Numbered from the stretch's first letter, positions 1 through 10,500 are shown. The stretch is DNA of 64,000 nt from Candidatus Eiseniibacteriota bacterium (GCA_963707915.1 OY970178.1:2336001-2400000), one strand, 5' to 3'. The notes: a model not told the origin generated them from the sequence alone. Program-made: numbers and translations.

Positions 1-785
1 CGGCCGTCCATGTCGAGCTCGATCTTGACCGCGGTGAGCACCTGGCCGGCCTCGTCGTGCAGCTCGCGGGCGATGCGGCGGCGCTCGTCCTCCTGCGCGC
101 GCAGGAGCAGGCGCGTGAGCTGCTCGAGCTGGGTGGTGCGCATGGCCAGCTTGTGGCGCTCCTCCCCCAGCACCAGGAACAGCGTGCCGATGGTCACCGC
201 CACGATGATGAGCACGTCCACGAACACCATGGTGAAGGTGGCGGTGCCGAAGCTGCGCAGCAGCGGGTAGTCCAGGTGGTGCAGCGCCCAGAGCAGGAAC
301 GACCAGGCCAGGATGAGGGCGGAACCCGAGCGCGTGACGCGCTGGTAGCGCCAGAACACGATGGAGGTCCACAGCGTCACGGTGAAGAGCAGCAGCGCCG
401 CCGACGCGCCGGCGACCTCCATGCTGCCGATGCGGTAGATCGCCGTGTAGGACCAGGCCAGGGCCAGGACCCCGAGCCACAGGTAGCGCCGGCGCCACGC
501 CGCGCCCCGGGAGAACTGCACCGCCGCCAGCAGCAGCAGCAGCGCGACGAAGTCGGTGCACACCTGGTGGGCGAAGAGCCAGACGACCTGGCGCTCGACC
601 AGGAACGTCGACATGAACGCGAGACGCGCCGCGTAGAACGTCCAGGCCAGCGACCAGGTCAGGAAGTAGGGCCGGCGCTGCCGGCGCCACAGCCACAGGT
701 AGGCGAGCGCCAGCAGGAGGGTCAGCACCGTCTGGAAGCCCAGGGCGCTGCATTCCACGAAGACGCGGTCCATGGTCGTGTCCAT
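1..785 (-). CDS. Membrane-bound sensor histidine kinase, HisKA_3 (NarX/DegS-like) class; 3' end runs off the window
   Basis: Not in the ORF track (no stop inside the window). Manual translation gives MDTTMDRVFVECSALGFQTVLTLLLALAYLWLW..., several hydrophobic helices, then AQEDERRRIARELHDEAGQVLTAVKIELD, the HisKA_3 H-box. Alternative ATG at 773. Confidence 0.88.
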   Translation of the reverse strand, partial: MDTTMDRVFVECSALGFQTVLTLLLALAYLWLWRRQRRPYFLTWSLAWTFYAARLAFMSTFLVERQVVWLFAHQVCTDFVALLLLLAAVQFSRGAAWRRRYLWLGVLALAWSYTAIYRIGSMEVAGASAALLLFTVTLWTSIVFWRYQRVTRSGSALILAWSFLLWALHHLDYPLLRSFGTATFTMVFVDVLIIVAVTIGTLFLVLGEERHKLAMRTTQLEQLTRLLLRAQEDERRRIARELHDEAGQVLTAVKIELDMDG

Positions 786-930
786 CACGCCGGGAATCTA
801 GCGCAACGGTCGCCGGCGCGTGAACCCGCCGCCCCGCCCCGGGTCCGGCGGCGGCGCCCGGCGGCCGGGTGCGGCGCCGGTCCGCCCTCCCGGCCCCTCC
901 TCCGGTCCCCGGGGCCGCTCCGGATCGCGC

Positions 931-967
931 TTGACACGGGCTATTGAAATGATATCATTCTGACATC
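931..967 (+). promoter_or_regulatory. Sigma70-type promoter overlapped by a palindromic operator
   Basis: TTGACA at 931-936 and TATCAT at 953-958; perfect palindrome AATGATATCATT at 948-959; related TGACATC at 961-967; RBS AAAGGAGG at 971-978. Confidence 0.7.
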
Positions 968-982
968 CCGAAAGGAGGGACC

Positions 983-1852
983 ATGTTCCAGGAGAAGAAG
1001 GTGCTGGCGTCGTCCGGGTGGTTGCTGCTGGTGGTACTCGTCGCCGTGCTCGTGCTCGCCGTCTTCGGCGTCGTCGTGGCCGCCCGCGCCCTGAGCTCGC
1101 CCCTGCTGGTGCTGTCGCTGCTCGTGCTGGTGGTCGACGGCGTGTGCTTCGCCGGGCTCCAGGTCGTGAACCCGAACGAGGGGCAGGTCGTGCAGCTCGC
1201 CGGCCGCTACCTGGGGACCCTGCGCGACCAGGGCTTCTACTGGACCAACCCGCTCACCAACCGTCGCCGGGTCTCCCTGCGGGTGCGCAACTTCGAGAGC
1301 GCGAAGCTCAAGGTGAACGACCACGACGGCAACCCCATCGACATCGCCGCGGTCGTGGTGTGGAGGGTGGTGGACACCGCCGAGGCCATCTTCCACGTCG
1401 ACAACTACGAGAACTTCGTCCACGTGCAGAGCGAGGCCGCGCTGCGCAACCTCGCGACGCTGCACCCGTACGACGCGCACGAGGAGGGCGTGGTCTCGCT
1501 GCGCGGCAACACGGCGATGGTGGCCGGCCTGCTCCAGAAGGAGATCCAGGACCGCCTCACCCAGGCCGGCGTCGAGGTCATCGAGGCGCGCATCAGCCAC
1601 CTCGCCTACGCCTCCGAGATCGCCGGCGCCATGCTGCAGCGCCAGCAGGCGGGCGCGATCATCGCGGCGCGCTCGCGCATCGTGCAGGGCGCGGTCAGCA
1701 TGGTGGAGATGGCGCTCGCGGAGCTCGCCAGCAAGCAGATCGTCGAGCTCGACCCCGAACGCAAGGCCGCCATGGTCAGCAACCTGCTGGTCGTGCTGTG
1801 CAGCGGGCAGCACACCCAGCCGGTGGTGAACACCGGGACGCTGTACCAGTAG
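983..1852 (+). CDS. SPFH (band 7/prohibitin) domain membrane protein
   Basis: Two N-terminal TM helices, then [58 protein letters not shown], ending [10 protein letters not shown]; strong RBS. Confidence 0.93.
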   Translation: MFQEKKVLASSGWLLLVVLVAVLVLAVFGVVVAARALSSPLLVLSLLVLVVDGVCFAGLQVVNPNEGQVVQLAGRYLGTLRDQGFYWTNPLTNRRRVSLRVRNFESAKLKVNDHDGNPIDIAAVVVWRVVDTAEAIFHVDNYENFVHVQSEAALRNLATLHPYDAHEEGVVSLRGNTAMVAGLLQKEIQDRLTQAGVEVIEARISHLAYASEIAGAMLQRQQAGAIIAARSRIVQGAVSMVEMALAELASKQIVELDPERKAAMVSNLLVVLCSGQHTQPVVNTGTLYQ

Positions 1853-1855
1853 GCG

Positions 1856-2083
1856 GTGGACGTGGCGGAGCGGAAGCCGTTCCTGCTGAGGCTGGCGCCG
1901 GAGGTCCACGACGCGCTGCAGAAGTGGGCCGCCGACGACCTGCGCAGCCTGAACGGACAGATCGAGTTCCTGCTCCGCCACGCGCTCCACGAGGCGGGCC
2001 GCCCGCCCCGTGGCGGAGCGGACCCCGCGGCCCGCCCGGGTCCGCCGGCCGGGGGCGCGCCGCGGCGGAGGCGCCCCGCGTGA
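1856..2083 (+). CDS. Arc/ribbon-helix-helix DNA-binding protein
   Basis: [38 protein letters not shown] matches the RHH pattern; 3 bp after the SPFH stop. Start may be the GTG at 1862. Confidence 0.85.
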   Translation: MDVAERKPFLLRLAPEVHDALQKWAADDLRSLNGQIEFLLRHALHEAGRPPRGGADPAARPGPPAGGAPRRRRPA

Positions 2084-2142
2084 TCCGCTCGACTCCGGGG
2101 CCCGGACTGCCGATGCCTCTTCGGTCCGGAGGTCTCCGCCCG

Positions 2143-3210
2143 ATGGTCTCCCGCGCCCTGCCCGTGATCGCGTTCCTCCTCCTGCTGGCCCTGCCACCGG
2201 CCCGCACGCCGGCCCGCGCGGCCGGGAACGCCCGCGGCGGCAACCGCGCCGCCGTCGTCACCGGGCCGTGCGTCGAGCGTTCCGCGCCGGTCATGGACGA
2301 CGTGCTGAGCATCGTCGCCGCCAGCCGCGGCAACGCCACGGACACGGCGCGCGCCGCGGCCGCGCTCGACCTGGCCTTCGCGGAGGCGGAGCGGCTCGCC
2401 GGTGTCTTCGCGCCCGGGGCGGGCGGCGGGGAGCTGGCGCTCCTGAACCGCACCGCCGCGGAGCAGCGCTTCCCCTGCTCCGCGGACCTCTACGCCGTGC
2501 TCGAAGCCGCCTGCGCGCTGGCCGACGAGACCGACGGCGCCTACGACCCGACGAGCGGGCCGCTGCGGCGCGCGTGGGACCAGCGCGGCGCCGCGCGCGC
2601 GCCCGACGCGGGCGACCTGGCGGCGGCGCGCCGGCTCGCCGGCTGGCGCATGCTCGCGCTGGATCCCGGCGGCCGCACCGTGCGGTTCGGCCGGGCCGGC
2701 ATGGAGGTGGCGCCGGACGCGGTCGCGCGGGGCATGGTGCTGGAGCGCGCCGCCGGCCGGCTGCGCGAGCGCGGCATCGCGCGGGCACGGCTCGAGCTCG
2801 GCGGCGAGGTGCTCGCCTTCACGACCTACGACGCCTGGCCGGCGGCGATCCCCGGCCCCGCCGGCGGCGGGGCGACGGCGCTGACGCTCACGGTCTCGAA
2901 CGGCGCGGTCGCGACCGCGCGGTCCGGCCGCGAGGGACCCGCCCGCGTCCTCGACCCGCGCACCGGCCAGTTGCCGCTCGCCGAGGCCTCGGTCACCGTG
3001 GTGGAGCGTTCGCCGCTGCGCGTCCGCGCCCTCGCCGAGGCGCTGCTGGTGCAGGGCCGGGACGCCGCGGAGGCCTACGCCCGGGCCCACCCCGGGACCG
3101 GCGTGCTGTGGCTCGAACCGTTCGGCCCCGGCCTGCGGGCCTGGGTGTGGAACCTCGGCAGGGTCCAGCCCGAGCCCGGCGTGCAGGTCGAGTGGATGAC
3201 GGAACCTTGA
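2143..3210 (+). CDS. ApbE-family FAD:protein FMN transferase-like exported protein, catalytic motifs degenerate
   Basis: ATG at 2143 with GGAGG upstream; signal peptide; [23 protein letters not shown] and ASVTVV follow the ApbE motif order. Confidence 0.78.
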   Translation: MVSRALPVIAFLLLLALPPARTPARAAGNARGGNRAAVVTGPCVERSAPVMDDVLSIVAASRGNATDTARAAAALDLAFAEAERLAGVFAPGAGGGELALLNRTAAEQRFPCSADLYAVLEAACALADETDGAYDPTSGPLRRAWDQRGAARAPDAGDLAAARRLAGWRMLALDPGGRTVRFGRAGMEVAPDAVARGMVLERAAGRLRERGIARARLELGGEVLAFTTYDAWPAAIPGPAGGGATALTLTVSNGAVATARSGREGPARVLDPRTGQLPLAEASVTVVERSPLRVRALAEALLVQGRDAAEAYARAHPGTGVLWLEPFGPGLRAWVWNLGRVQPEPGVQVEWMTEP

Positions 3211-3363
3211 CCCGCGGAACGACGCGGGCCCGCTGACCGGGCGCCGGGCGTGCGCGCGCTGTCGCGCGGCCGCCACAGCGGACCGGTGCGCGCCTCCCTC
3301 CCGCGCGCCCGGCCCGGGGCGCAACCTCTTGCGCGGCAAGCGGCCGTCCCCCCGCTCCGCGCG

Positions 3364-3379
3364 TGGCACGCCGCGTGCA
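3364..3379 (+). promoter_or_regulatory. Sigma54 (-24/-12) promoter
   Basis: TGGCACGCCGCGTGCA has the GG-N10-GC spacing and lies about 48 bp before the ATG at 3427; palindrome GCGCAA-N4-TTGCGC at 3319-3334 just upstream. Confidence 0.68.
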
Positions 3380-3426
3380 GTCGCCCTCCGTGAGAATCAC
3401 GCCGGAGATCCCCAGCGGAGGTGGCC

Positions 3427-3891
3427 ATGAACCGGAACTCGATCGGGAACCGCACCCTCGCGACGCTGCTGCTCGTCGCCGTGGCGAGCGCTTCGCTCGC
3501 CCCCACCGCACTGGCCGACCGCGGCCGCCACGGGCGGATGGGCCGTCCCGGGATCGTGCGCGTCGTGCATCGCGGACCCTACTTCGTGGAACGCCACTCC
3601 GAAGCCGGCGCGCTCGTCGGCTTCCTCGGCGGGCTGGTGGTGGGCAGCATCCTGTCGAGCGCCTCGAACACGACTCCGCCGCACCCGGCGTACGAGTACT
3701 ACGACCCCTTCTGCCGGCGCAGCTTCACCGGCGTCGGCGCGTACGGCCGGCACCTGGACACCTGCCGGCATCCGCGCGAGGTCGAGGTCATCGAAGTGGA
3801 CGGCGGACGCTGCGTCGACACCCTCGAATGGCGCGACGGCCGCTGGTGGAGCCGGGACGAACTCCCGCGCGACCAGGACTGGGCGGAATGA
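3427..3891 (+). CDS. Hypothetical exported protein with a Gly-rich hydrophobic segment and a zinc-finger-like motif
   Basis: RBS GGAGG; signal peptide ending ALA-D; GALVGFLGGLVVGSIL; YYDPFCRRSFTGVGAYGRHLDTCRH. Confidence 0.72.
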   Translation: MNRNSIGNRTLATLLLVAVASASLAPTALADRGRHGRMGRPGIVRVVHRGPYFVERHSEAGALVGFLGGLVVGSILSSASNTTPPHPAYEYYDPFCRRSFTGVGAYGRHLDTCRHPREVEVIEVDGGRCVDTLEWRDGRWWSRDELPRDQDWAE

Positions 3892-4025
3892 GTTGAAGCG
3901 ACCGGGCTGCGAGCGGCGCGCGACGGGAGACCGCGCGACCAGGAGCGGCCCGGTCGAGTGAGTGGGTCCGGGCGAGCGTGGTTGGAGCTGGGGAGCGTCC
4001 AGAGCCGCGCGGCGGGCCTGCAGCG

Positions 4026-4055
4026 ACGGACGGTCGTCCAGCGACGGCCGTCCGT
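4026..4055. terminator. GC-rich hairpin between convergent genes
   Basis: ACGGACGGTCGTC-cagc-GACGGCCGTCCGT, 13-bp stem with one G-U pair; no clear U-tract. Confidence 0.45.
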
Positions 4056-4090
4056 TCGCGCGTTCCTCCGGCGTCCGCGGAGCCGCCGGC

Positions 4091-5557
4091 CTAGGCGGCG
4101 AGCCGCTCCTGCGCGTCGATCGTGATCTCCTCGGGGCGCAGGACCCGCACCACGCCGTCGCTCTGCGGCATCGGGTCCCAGGTCTCCTCGACGTCCTCCG
4201 CGAGCGGGGTGCCGTCGGGGCGCACCTGCACGCGGCAGAACGGCCGCCGGAGGTCGGCGGGGTTGGGGCTCACCGCCAGCACCACGTGGTTCGACCGCGT
4301 GAGCAGCATCGACCCCGCCGGGTAGAGGCCCACGGTCCGGACCAGCGACCACATCACGGCGGGATCGAACTGCACGCGCGCGGGCCCGAGCAGGTACTGC
4401 AGTCCCTCGAACGGGGTGCGCGCCCGCTTGTGGTACGTGCGGTGCGCGGTCATGGCGTCGAAGCAGTCCGCGAGCGCGACGATGCGCGTCATGGTGGCCT
4501 GGGCCCACTCGTGCCCGACCTCGGGGTACCCCGTCGCGTCGAAGTTCATGTGGTGCTCGAGGCAGACGCGCATGGCGTCCAGCGTCAGGGCGGTGAGGCC
4601 CGGCATCCGGAACATCATCTTCACGCCCTCGAGCGGATGGCGCTGGATGAAGTTCCACTCTTCGGGCGTGAGCCCCGCGGGCTTGCGCAGCACGTCGCCG
4701 GGCACGGCGACCTTGCCGATGTCGTGGAGCAGCGCGGTCACGCCCAGGTCGGCGAGCGCCTGGCGCGGCAGCCCGAGGGCCTGCCCCATGCTCACCGAGA
4801 GCACGCTCACGTTGACGCAGTGCGCGTAGGTGTACTCGTCGTGCTCCTTCAGCGCGGTGAGACCCACGATCGAGTACTCGTTCCGCATGATGCTGTCCAC
4901 GACCGGCTGCACCAGCCGCTTGGCCTGCCGCAGGTCGGGCCGCCCGGTCTGCGCCGTGCGCACCACGATGCGCCGGGTCCCGAGCACCGCCCGCCAGAAC
5001 ACCTTCTTCGCGCGACCCCGCTCGCCGGCCGGGTCCCGCTCCTCGTCGAGCGTCTGGACGAGCTCGTCCTTGTCCAGGTCGGACGCCGGGACCGGCACGA
5101 TGTGGTCGATGCTCGCCTCGGCCACCGCCTCGGGCAGCCGCTCCGCCAGGGTCGCGTCCTCGGCCGCCATGAACAGCTGCAGGAAGCGCTCCATCTCGGC
5201 CGCGGCCACGCCCTGCAGGAAGCGCACGCCGCCCAGCGAGCGGCGATCGAACTCCTCGATGAGCGAGTGGTAGACGGTGAGCAGCGACGCGCTGGCCTTG
5301 AGCCGCACGCCGTTCAGGTAGAAGTTGTCGGCCACCGCGGCCAGCGCGACCTCGTCCTCCTCCTCCATCACCTGGAGGAGCACGCCCATGAAGTCCTGGA
5401 GCTGGCGACGGAACGCCTGGTTCGAGACGTCGTGCGTGCGCGCGGTGCGCAGCAGCGCCGAGAAGCGGACGAGCAGGTCCGGTCCCATCGTGGTCACGCG
5501 CCCGCTGTCGGCGTCGCCCGGACGGGGCCCCCCGCTGCGCGGCAGGCTCTCACTCAT
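4091..5557 (-). CDS. HD-GYP domain cyclic-dinucleotide phosphodiesterase
   Basis: HDEYTYAHCVNV, LLHDIGK, HPLEG, EHHMNFDATGYP and ADCFDAMTAHRTY; ATG at 5557 overlaps the upstream stop (ATGAGTGA). Confidence 0.92.
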   Translation of the reverse strand: MSESLPRSGGPRPGDADSGRVTTMGPDLLVRFSALLRTARTHDVSNQAFRRQLQDFMGVLLQVMEEEDEVALAAVADNFYLNGVRLKASASLLTVYHSLIEEFDRRSLGGVRFLQGVAAAEMERFLQLFMAAEDATLAERLPEAVAEASIDHIVPVPASDLDKDELVQTLDEERDPAGERGRAKKVFWRAVLGTRRIVVRTAQTGRPDLRQAKRLVQPVVDSIMRNEYSIVGLTALKEHDEYTYAHCVNVSVLSVSMGQALGLPRQALADLGVTALLHDIGKVAVPGDVLRKPAGLTPEEWNFIQRHPLEGVKMMFRMPGLTALTLDAMRVCLEHHMNFDATGYPEVGHEWAQATMTRIVALADCFDAMTAHRTYHKRARTPFEGLQYLLGPARVQFDPAVMWSLVRTVGLYPAGSMLLTRSNHVVLAVSPNPADLRRPFCRVQVRPDGTPLAEDVEETWDPMPQSDGVVRVLRPEEITIDAQERLAA

Positions 5558-7271
5558 GGTCGGCCGCCCCCGCCAGCGCGTCGACGCAGGCCTTGCGCAC
5601 CGGCGCCCGCTTCGAGCGCGCCCCGCGCTCCAGCACGGCCTGCGCGTGCGCCGTGCCGATGCGGGCGATGCAGCGCGCCACCGCCTGGCGGTGGGCCTCC
5701 TGGTAGCGCGAGAACCAGTTGCCCTTGTGCAGCTCCTGCTCGAGGTCGGGGACGACCGCGTCCCCGCCGGTGGCGGCGAGCGCGGAGTAGACCGCGCGCC
5801 GGACCTCCAGCGGGCGCTGCTCGAAGGCCGGGTCCAGCAGGTGCCGCACCAGGACGCCCGCCGTGCGCTCGTCGCGCGCCACCGACAACTGGTGCAGCAC
5901 CGAGCAGAACGTGCGCGGGTCGGCGCCGTCGAGCGCGGCGAGCAGCAGCGGTCGCGCGTGCTCGGGATCGGCCTGGCCCAGCGCCGCGATGACCTCCTGG
6001 CGCACGCGCGGCTCCGGGTGCCGCATCGCGGTCTCGAGCAGGCCGACCGTCCGTTCTCCGCCGATCCAGCCCAGGATGTGCACGATGTTGCGCACCACGT
6101 ACCAGCGCGGGTCCGCCAGCCACGGCGCGAGCCGCTCGGGGTCGTCGCGGCACAGCTCGGCGATGGCCTCGGCCAGCGCGCGGCGCGTGCGCCGCTGCTG
6201 GCTCTCCGCCAGCGCCAGGTTGAGCCAGTCCACCGCGAACGGGCCGAGCTCGTGCGCGAGCGCCGTGAACTCCGCCAGCACGGGCGCCTCCTGCAGGTCG
6301 AGCTTCTCGACCACACCCGCCACCGAGATCGGCTGGAACAGGTCCTGGGTGAAGGTCTCGATCGACCACTCCGACTGGCGCCCGCAGCGGCGCAGCAGTG
6401 CCAGGCAGTGGCGCGCCTCGGTCCACGCACCGGCGGTGATGGTCTGGCGCAGCACGCGCGGCAGGAAGCGCGCCAGCTCCACCTTGTCGGCGGCCGTGAT
6501 GCCCGCGTGGAGGAACGCGCTGGAGATCGCGATGGTCGCGGTCGCGAGCGGGACCTCGTGCTCGGCCCGGTACTCCTCGAGGAAGCGCGGGATCTCCGCG
6601 GGGGCCAGGGAATCCAGCTCCGCGAAGCCCGCCTCGACCTCGGCCGCGAGATCGCCGAGCAGCCAGTCGTCGGAGCGCTCTTCCGCGTCGGCGCCCGGCG
6701 CGTCCTCGCTGCCGTCCCCCGCCGGTCCGCCGGGCGCCGGCCAGGGGACGAAGTCCCCCGTGTCGGCCACGCCTCCGCCCATGTCGGCCTCGCCGGGCAC
6801 GCAGTCCACGTCGAGGTGCTGCAGGTGCGACTCCCACAGCAGCGTGACCAGGTCGTTCTCGCCCGCGTTCTGGCCGCTCACCTGCAACACCGCGTCGAGG
6901 AAGGTCTCGACCTCGGCCGGCACGATGCCGGGCGAGAAGTGGATCGCCTGGATGCCGTCCCGGTAGAACGGCAGCGCGAGGTTGTCGTCACGCGAGCGCG
7001 CCAGGTACAGCGACCGCTCCTCGCACAACACGTCCTCGGACGTGAAGGCGAGCGTCAGCCCGCCGTGCTGTTCGAGCAGGCGCACCAGCGCCTGGGCCAG
7101 CTCCTCGCGGAAGCGGATGACGGTGGGGTTGTTCGCGTCGTAGAGCCGGCAGGTCTTGAGCGTGCGGGCCAGGTGGTTCACCCACACGCCGGCGGCGCGC
7201 GCCGTCGCTTCCTGCTCCGGCGAAAGGACCGTCTCTTCCGAGTCTTGCTTCGATCGGGCGCTGGCGCTCAT
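5550..7271 (-). CDS. HEAT-repeat protein
   Basis: LADPRWYVVRNIVHILG, MRHPEPRVRQEVIAALG and VRKACVDAL are HEAT/PBS-lyase-like repeats; start MSASARSK at 7271. Confidence 0.85.
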   Translation of the reverse strand: MSASARSKQDSEETVLSPEQEATARAAGVWVNHLARTLKTCRLYDANNPTVIRFREELAQALVRLLEQHGGLTLAFTSEDVLCEERSLYLARSRDDNLALPFYRDGIQAIHFSPGIVPAEVETFLDAVLQVSGQNAGENDLVTLLWESHLQHLDVDCVPGEADMGGGVADTGDFVPWPAPGGPAGDGSEDAPGADAEERSDDWLLGDLAAEVEAGFAELDSLAPAEIPRFLEEYRAEHEVPLATATIAISSAFLHAGITAADKVELARFLPRVLRQTITAGAWTEARHCLALLRRCGRQSEWSIETFTQDLFQPISVAGVVEKLDLQEAPVLAEFTALAHELGPFAVDWLNLALAESQQRRTRRALAEAIAELCRDDPERLAPWLADPRWYVVRNIVHILGWIGGERTVGLLETAMRHPEPRVRQEVIAALGQADPEHARPLLLAALDGADPRTFCSVLHQLSVARDERTAGVLVRHLLDPAFEQRPLEVRRAVYSALAATGGDAVVPDLEQELHKGNWFSRYQEAHRQAVARCIARIGTAHAQAVLERGARSKRAPVRKACVDALAGAADHE

Positions 7272-7320
7272 GGACGTACCGGCTCCGGGGGATGGCCCGA
7301 AATGAAGATGGCCTACCGGG

Positions 7321-7348
7321 TTATCGGCAGGCGGACGGAGGGGCTTGA
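7321..7348 (-). promoter_or_regulatory. Sigma28 (FliA/WhiG)-like promoter of the HEAT plus HD-GYP operon
   Basis: Minus strand reads TCAAG-N15-GCCGATAA; the -10 box is a perfect match; about 50 bp upstream of the ATG. Confidence 0.65.
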
Positions 7349-7540
7349 GGAGCCGCGACGGGATGCGGAGCGGGGCCGGGCCGCGCGCGGGGCCGCTGCC
7401 CCCGCCGCGGGAGGGATCCGCACCGCTGGCGGGGCTGACTGCCGCGTTCGTCGGGGGGCGGGTTGTTGGCGGCCCGGCTGTCCCCAATACTGGCGCGGTC
7501 ACCTCCACCCCACCATTTCCCCAGAGGAGGATCCCCTGCC

Positions 7541-10500
7541 ATGAGGTTCCGTCTGCTGCCCGTGGTCCTGGGCATCGCGCTGGCCGCGCTCCTGCGGTCC
7601 ACCGCGCCTGCCGCCGCGCTCGAGGAGTGCCGCTTGTTGCGTCAGCCCGACATCCAGGGCGACCGGATCGTGTTCGTCTACGCCGGCGACCTGTGGACCG
7701 TCGCGCGCGCGGGCGGCGTCGCCCGCCGCCTCACGTCCTACGAGGGCGTGGAGTCGACCCCGCGCTTCTCCCCGGACGGGAAGACCGTGGCCTTCACCGG
7801 CCAGTACGATGGCAACACCGACATCTACACGATCCCGGCCGAGGGCGGCGAGCCCACGCGCCTGACCTGGCACCCCGGTCTGGACCAGATCGTGGACTGG
7901 TATCCGGACGGCAAGTCCATCCTCTTCCGCTCCGCGCGCGTCTCGGCCCCGCAGCGCTTCGACCGCTTCTTCAGGATCCCCGCAGGCGGCGGCTTCGAGG
8001 AGCTGCTGCCGCTCCCGATCGCCGGGTTCGGGGCCTTCTCCCCCGACGCCGCCACGCTCGTCTACGTGTTTCCGCAGTACGACCGGCGCACCTGGCTGCG
8101 CTACCGCGGCGGGAGCGCCCCGGATCTCTGGACCTACGACTTCAAGAAGAACGCCTCCGAGAGGATCACCGACTGGGAGGGCCCCGACGAGTGGCCGATG
8201 TGGCACGGGCGGACGATCTACTACGCCTCCGACCGCGGCGGACGCACCGTCAACCTCTGGGCCTACGACCTCGACCGGAAGACCCATCGCCAGGTCACGA
8301 AGTTCGACGACGTCGACGTCAAGTGGCCCGCCATCGGCTCCGATGCCATCGTCTTCGAGAAGGGCGGCTACCTGTTCGTCCTGGATCTGGGCTCCGAGCA
8401 GACGCAGAAGCTCCAGGTGCTGATCCCCGACGACAAGCCGGCCACGCGGGCCGAGTTCCGCAACGTCTCGCAGTGGATCACCGACGTCGCGCTCTCGCCC
8501 TCGGCCAAGCGCGTGGTCTTCGCCGCGCGCGGCGATCTGTTCACCGTGCCGGCCGAGAAGGGCGACGTGCGCCGGCTGGTGGGCACGCCCGGCTCGCGCG
8601 AGCGCGATCCGGCCTGGTCGCCGGACGGCAAGTGGATCGCCTATCTCTCCGACGCGACCGGCGAGTACGAGATCTGGGTGGCCGGCAGCGACGGCAAGGC
8701 GCCGCCGCGCCAGGTGACAAAGGGCGGCGACACGTTCCGCTTCGCCCTGCTCTGGGCGCCGGACTCGAAGAAGCTGGCGTTCTCCGACAAGACCCGGACC
8801 CTGTGGTGGTGTGACGTCGAGAGCGGCAGACTCACGAAGGTGGACAAGGACGAGAACAACGAGATCCATGACTACACCTGGTCGTCGGACTCGAAGTGGC
8901 TCGCCTACAGCAAGGCCGACGACGCGGGCTTCGGCCGGCTCGCGCTCTACTCGCTGGAGTCGGCGAAGCCCGTCATGGTGACCGACGGCATGACGGACGA
9001 CTTCGGTCCGGCCTTCGACCCCGACGGCAAGTACCTGTACTTCGTCTCGCGCCGCACCCTGAACCCGCAGTTCGGCGGGTTCGAGGAGGACTTCTCCTAC
9101 AGCGCCACCACCAAGATCTACGCCATGACGCTGCAGGACAGCCTGCTGACGCCCGTGCCACCCCAGAGTGACGAGGAGTCGGCCGCCGACGCGAAGAAGG
9201 ACGAGGACGGGAAGGGCAAGGATGCAGCCGCGACGAAGGACGGCAAGGCGGGCAAGGATGCGAAGGCCGCCGATGCGAAGGCCGATGAGCCCAAGGCGAT
9301 CAAGATCGATCTCGCGGGCATCGGCTCGCGGGTGGCGGTCCTGCCCGTGCCGGCCGGCCGCTACGGCGCGCTCGCCGCGTTCAAGGGCAAGCTCCTGTTC
9401 GCCACGTTCGAGCCCGACAACGGGGACGACGGCCCTCCCGCGGGCACGGTCAAGTCGTTCGACTTCGAGAAGCGCGAGACCAAGACCATCCTCTCCGGCG
9501 TGACCGGCGGCGCCTACTCGAAGGACGGCAGCAAGCTCCTCTACCGCTCCCCGGACGGGTTCGGCATCGTGGACGCCGCCGAAGGCAAGAAGGTCGGCGA
9601 CGGCAAGGTCGCCACCGACGGGATCATGACCACGGTGGATCCGCGCCAGGAATGGCTGCAGATCTTCAACGAGGTCTGGCGCCTGGAGCGCGACTTCTAC
9701 TACGACCCGGCCATGGGCGGCCTCGACTGGAAGGCCGTGGGCGAGCGCTACCGGCAACTCCTGCCCTACGTCGCCCACCGCGCGGACCTCGACTACGTGC
9801 TCGGGGACCTGCAGGGCGAGCTCTCGACCTCGCACACCTACGTGCGGCCCTCGGGCGACATCCCGCAGGCCCCACACGTGGACATCGGTCTGCTGGGCGC
9901 GGACTACTCGCTCGACCCGAAGAGCGGCCTGTACCGTTTCGAGCGGATCTTCCGCGCCCGCGACTGGAACTCGAGCACCGAGGCGCCGCTGGGGATGCCG
10001 GGTATCCGGGTGAAGGAGGGCGACGTCCTGCTCGCGGTGAACGGCCAGCCGGTGAAGGCGCCGATGAACCTCTACGCCGCATTCCAGGGCACCACGGGGA
10101 AGCAGACCGTGATCACCGTGGGCACCACCGCCGACGATCCGAAACCGCGCAGCTACACCGTGAAGCCGGTCGCCGCCGAGGGCTCGCTGCGCTACGCGGC
10201 CTGGGTGGCCGCGAACCGCGAGAAGGTGGCGAAGGCGACGGACGGGAAGGTCGCCTACATCCACGTGCCCGACACGACGGTGCCGGGCATCCAGGAATTC
10301 ACGAAGCAGTACTACCCGCAGGTGGACAAGCACGGCATCATCGTGGACGAGCGCTTCAACGCCGGCGGCCAGGTGCCGTTCTTCTACACGGAGAAGCTGG
10401 CGCGCAAGACGCTGGTCTACTGGTCCAACCGCGACGGCAACGACCAGCGCACGCCGGCCACCGGGATCGACGGGCCGAAGTGCATCCTCATCAACCAGTT

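Noticed and set aside
57..947. 296-aa plus-strand ORF
   Set aside because: Antisense shadow of the minus-strand histidine kinase, which has a clear H-box.
9170..9300. Repetitive AAGGA/GCGAAGGCC sequence in the tricorn gene
   Set aside because: Encodes a Lys/Asp/Ala low-complexity linker; not a DNA repeat array.
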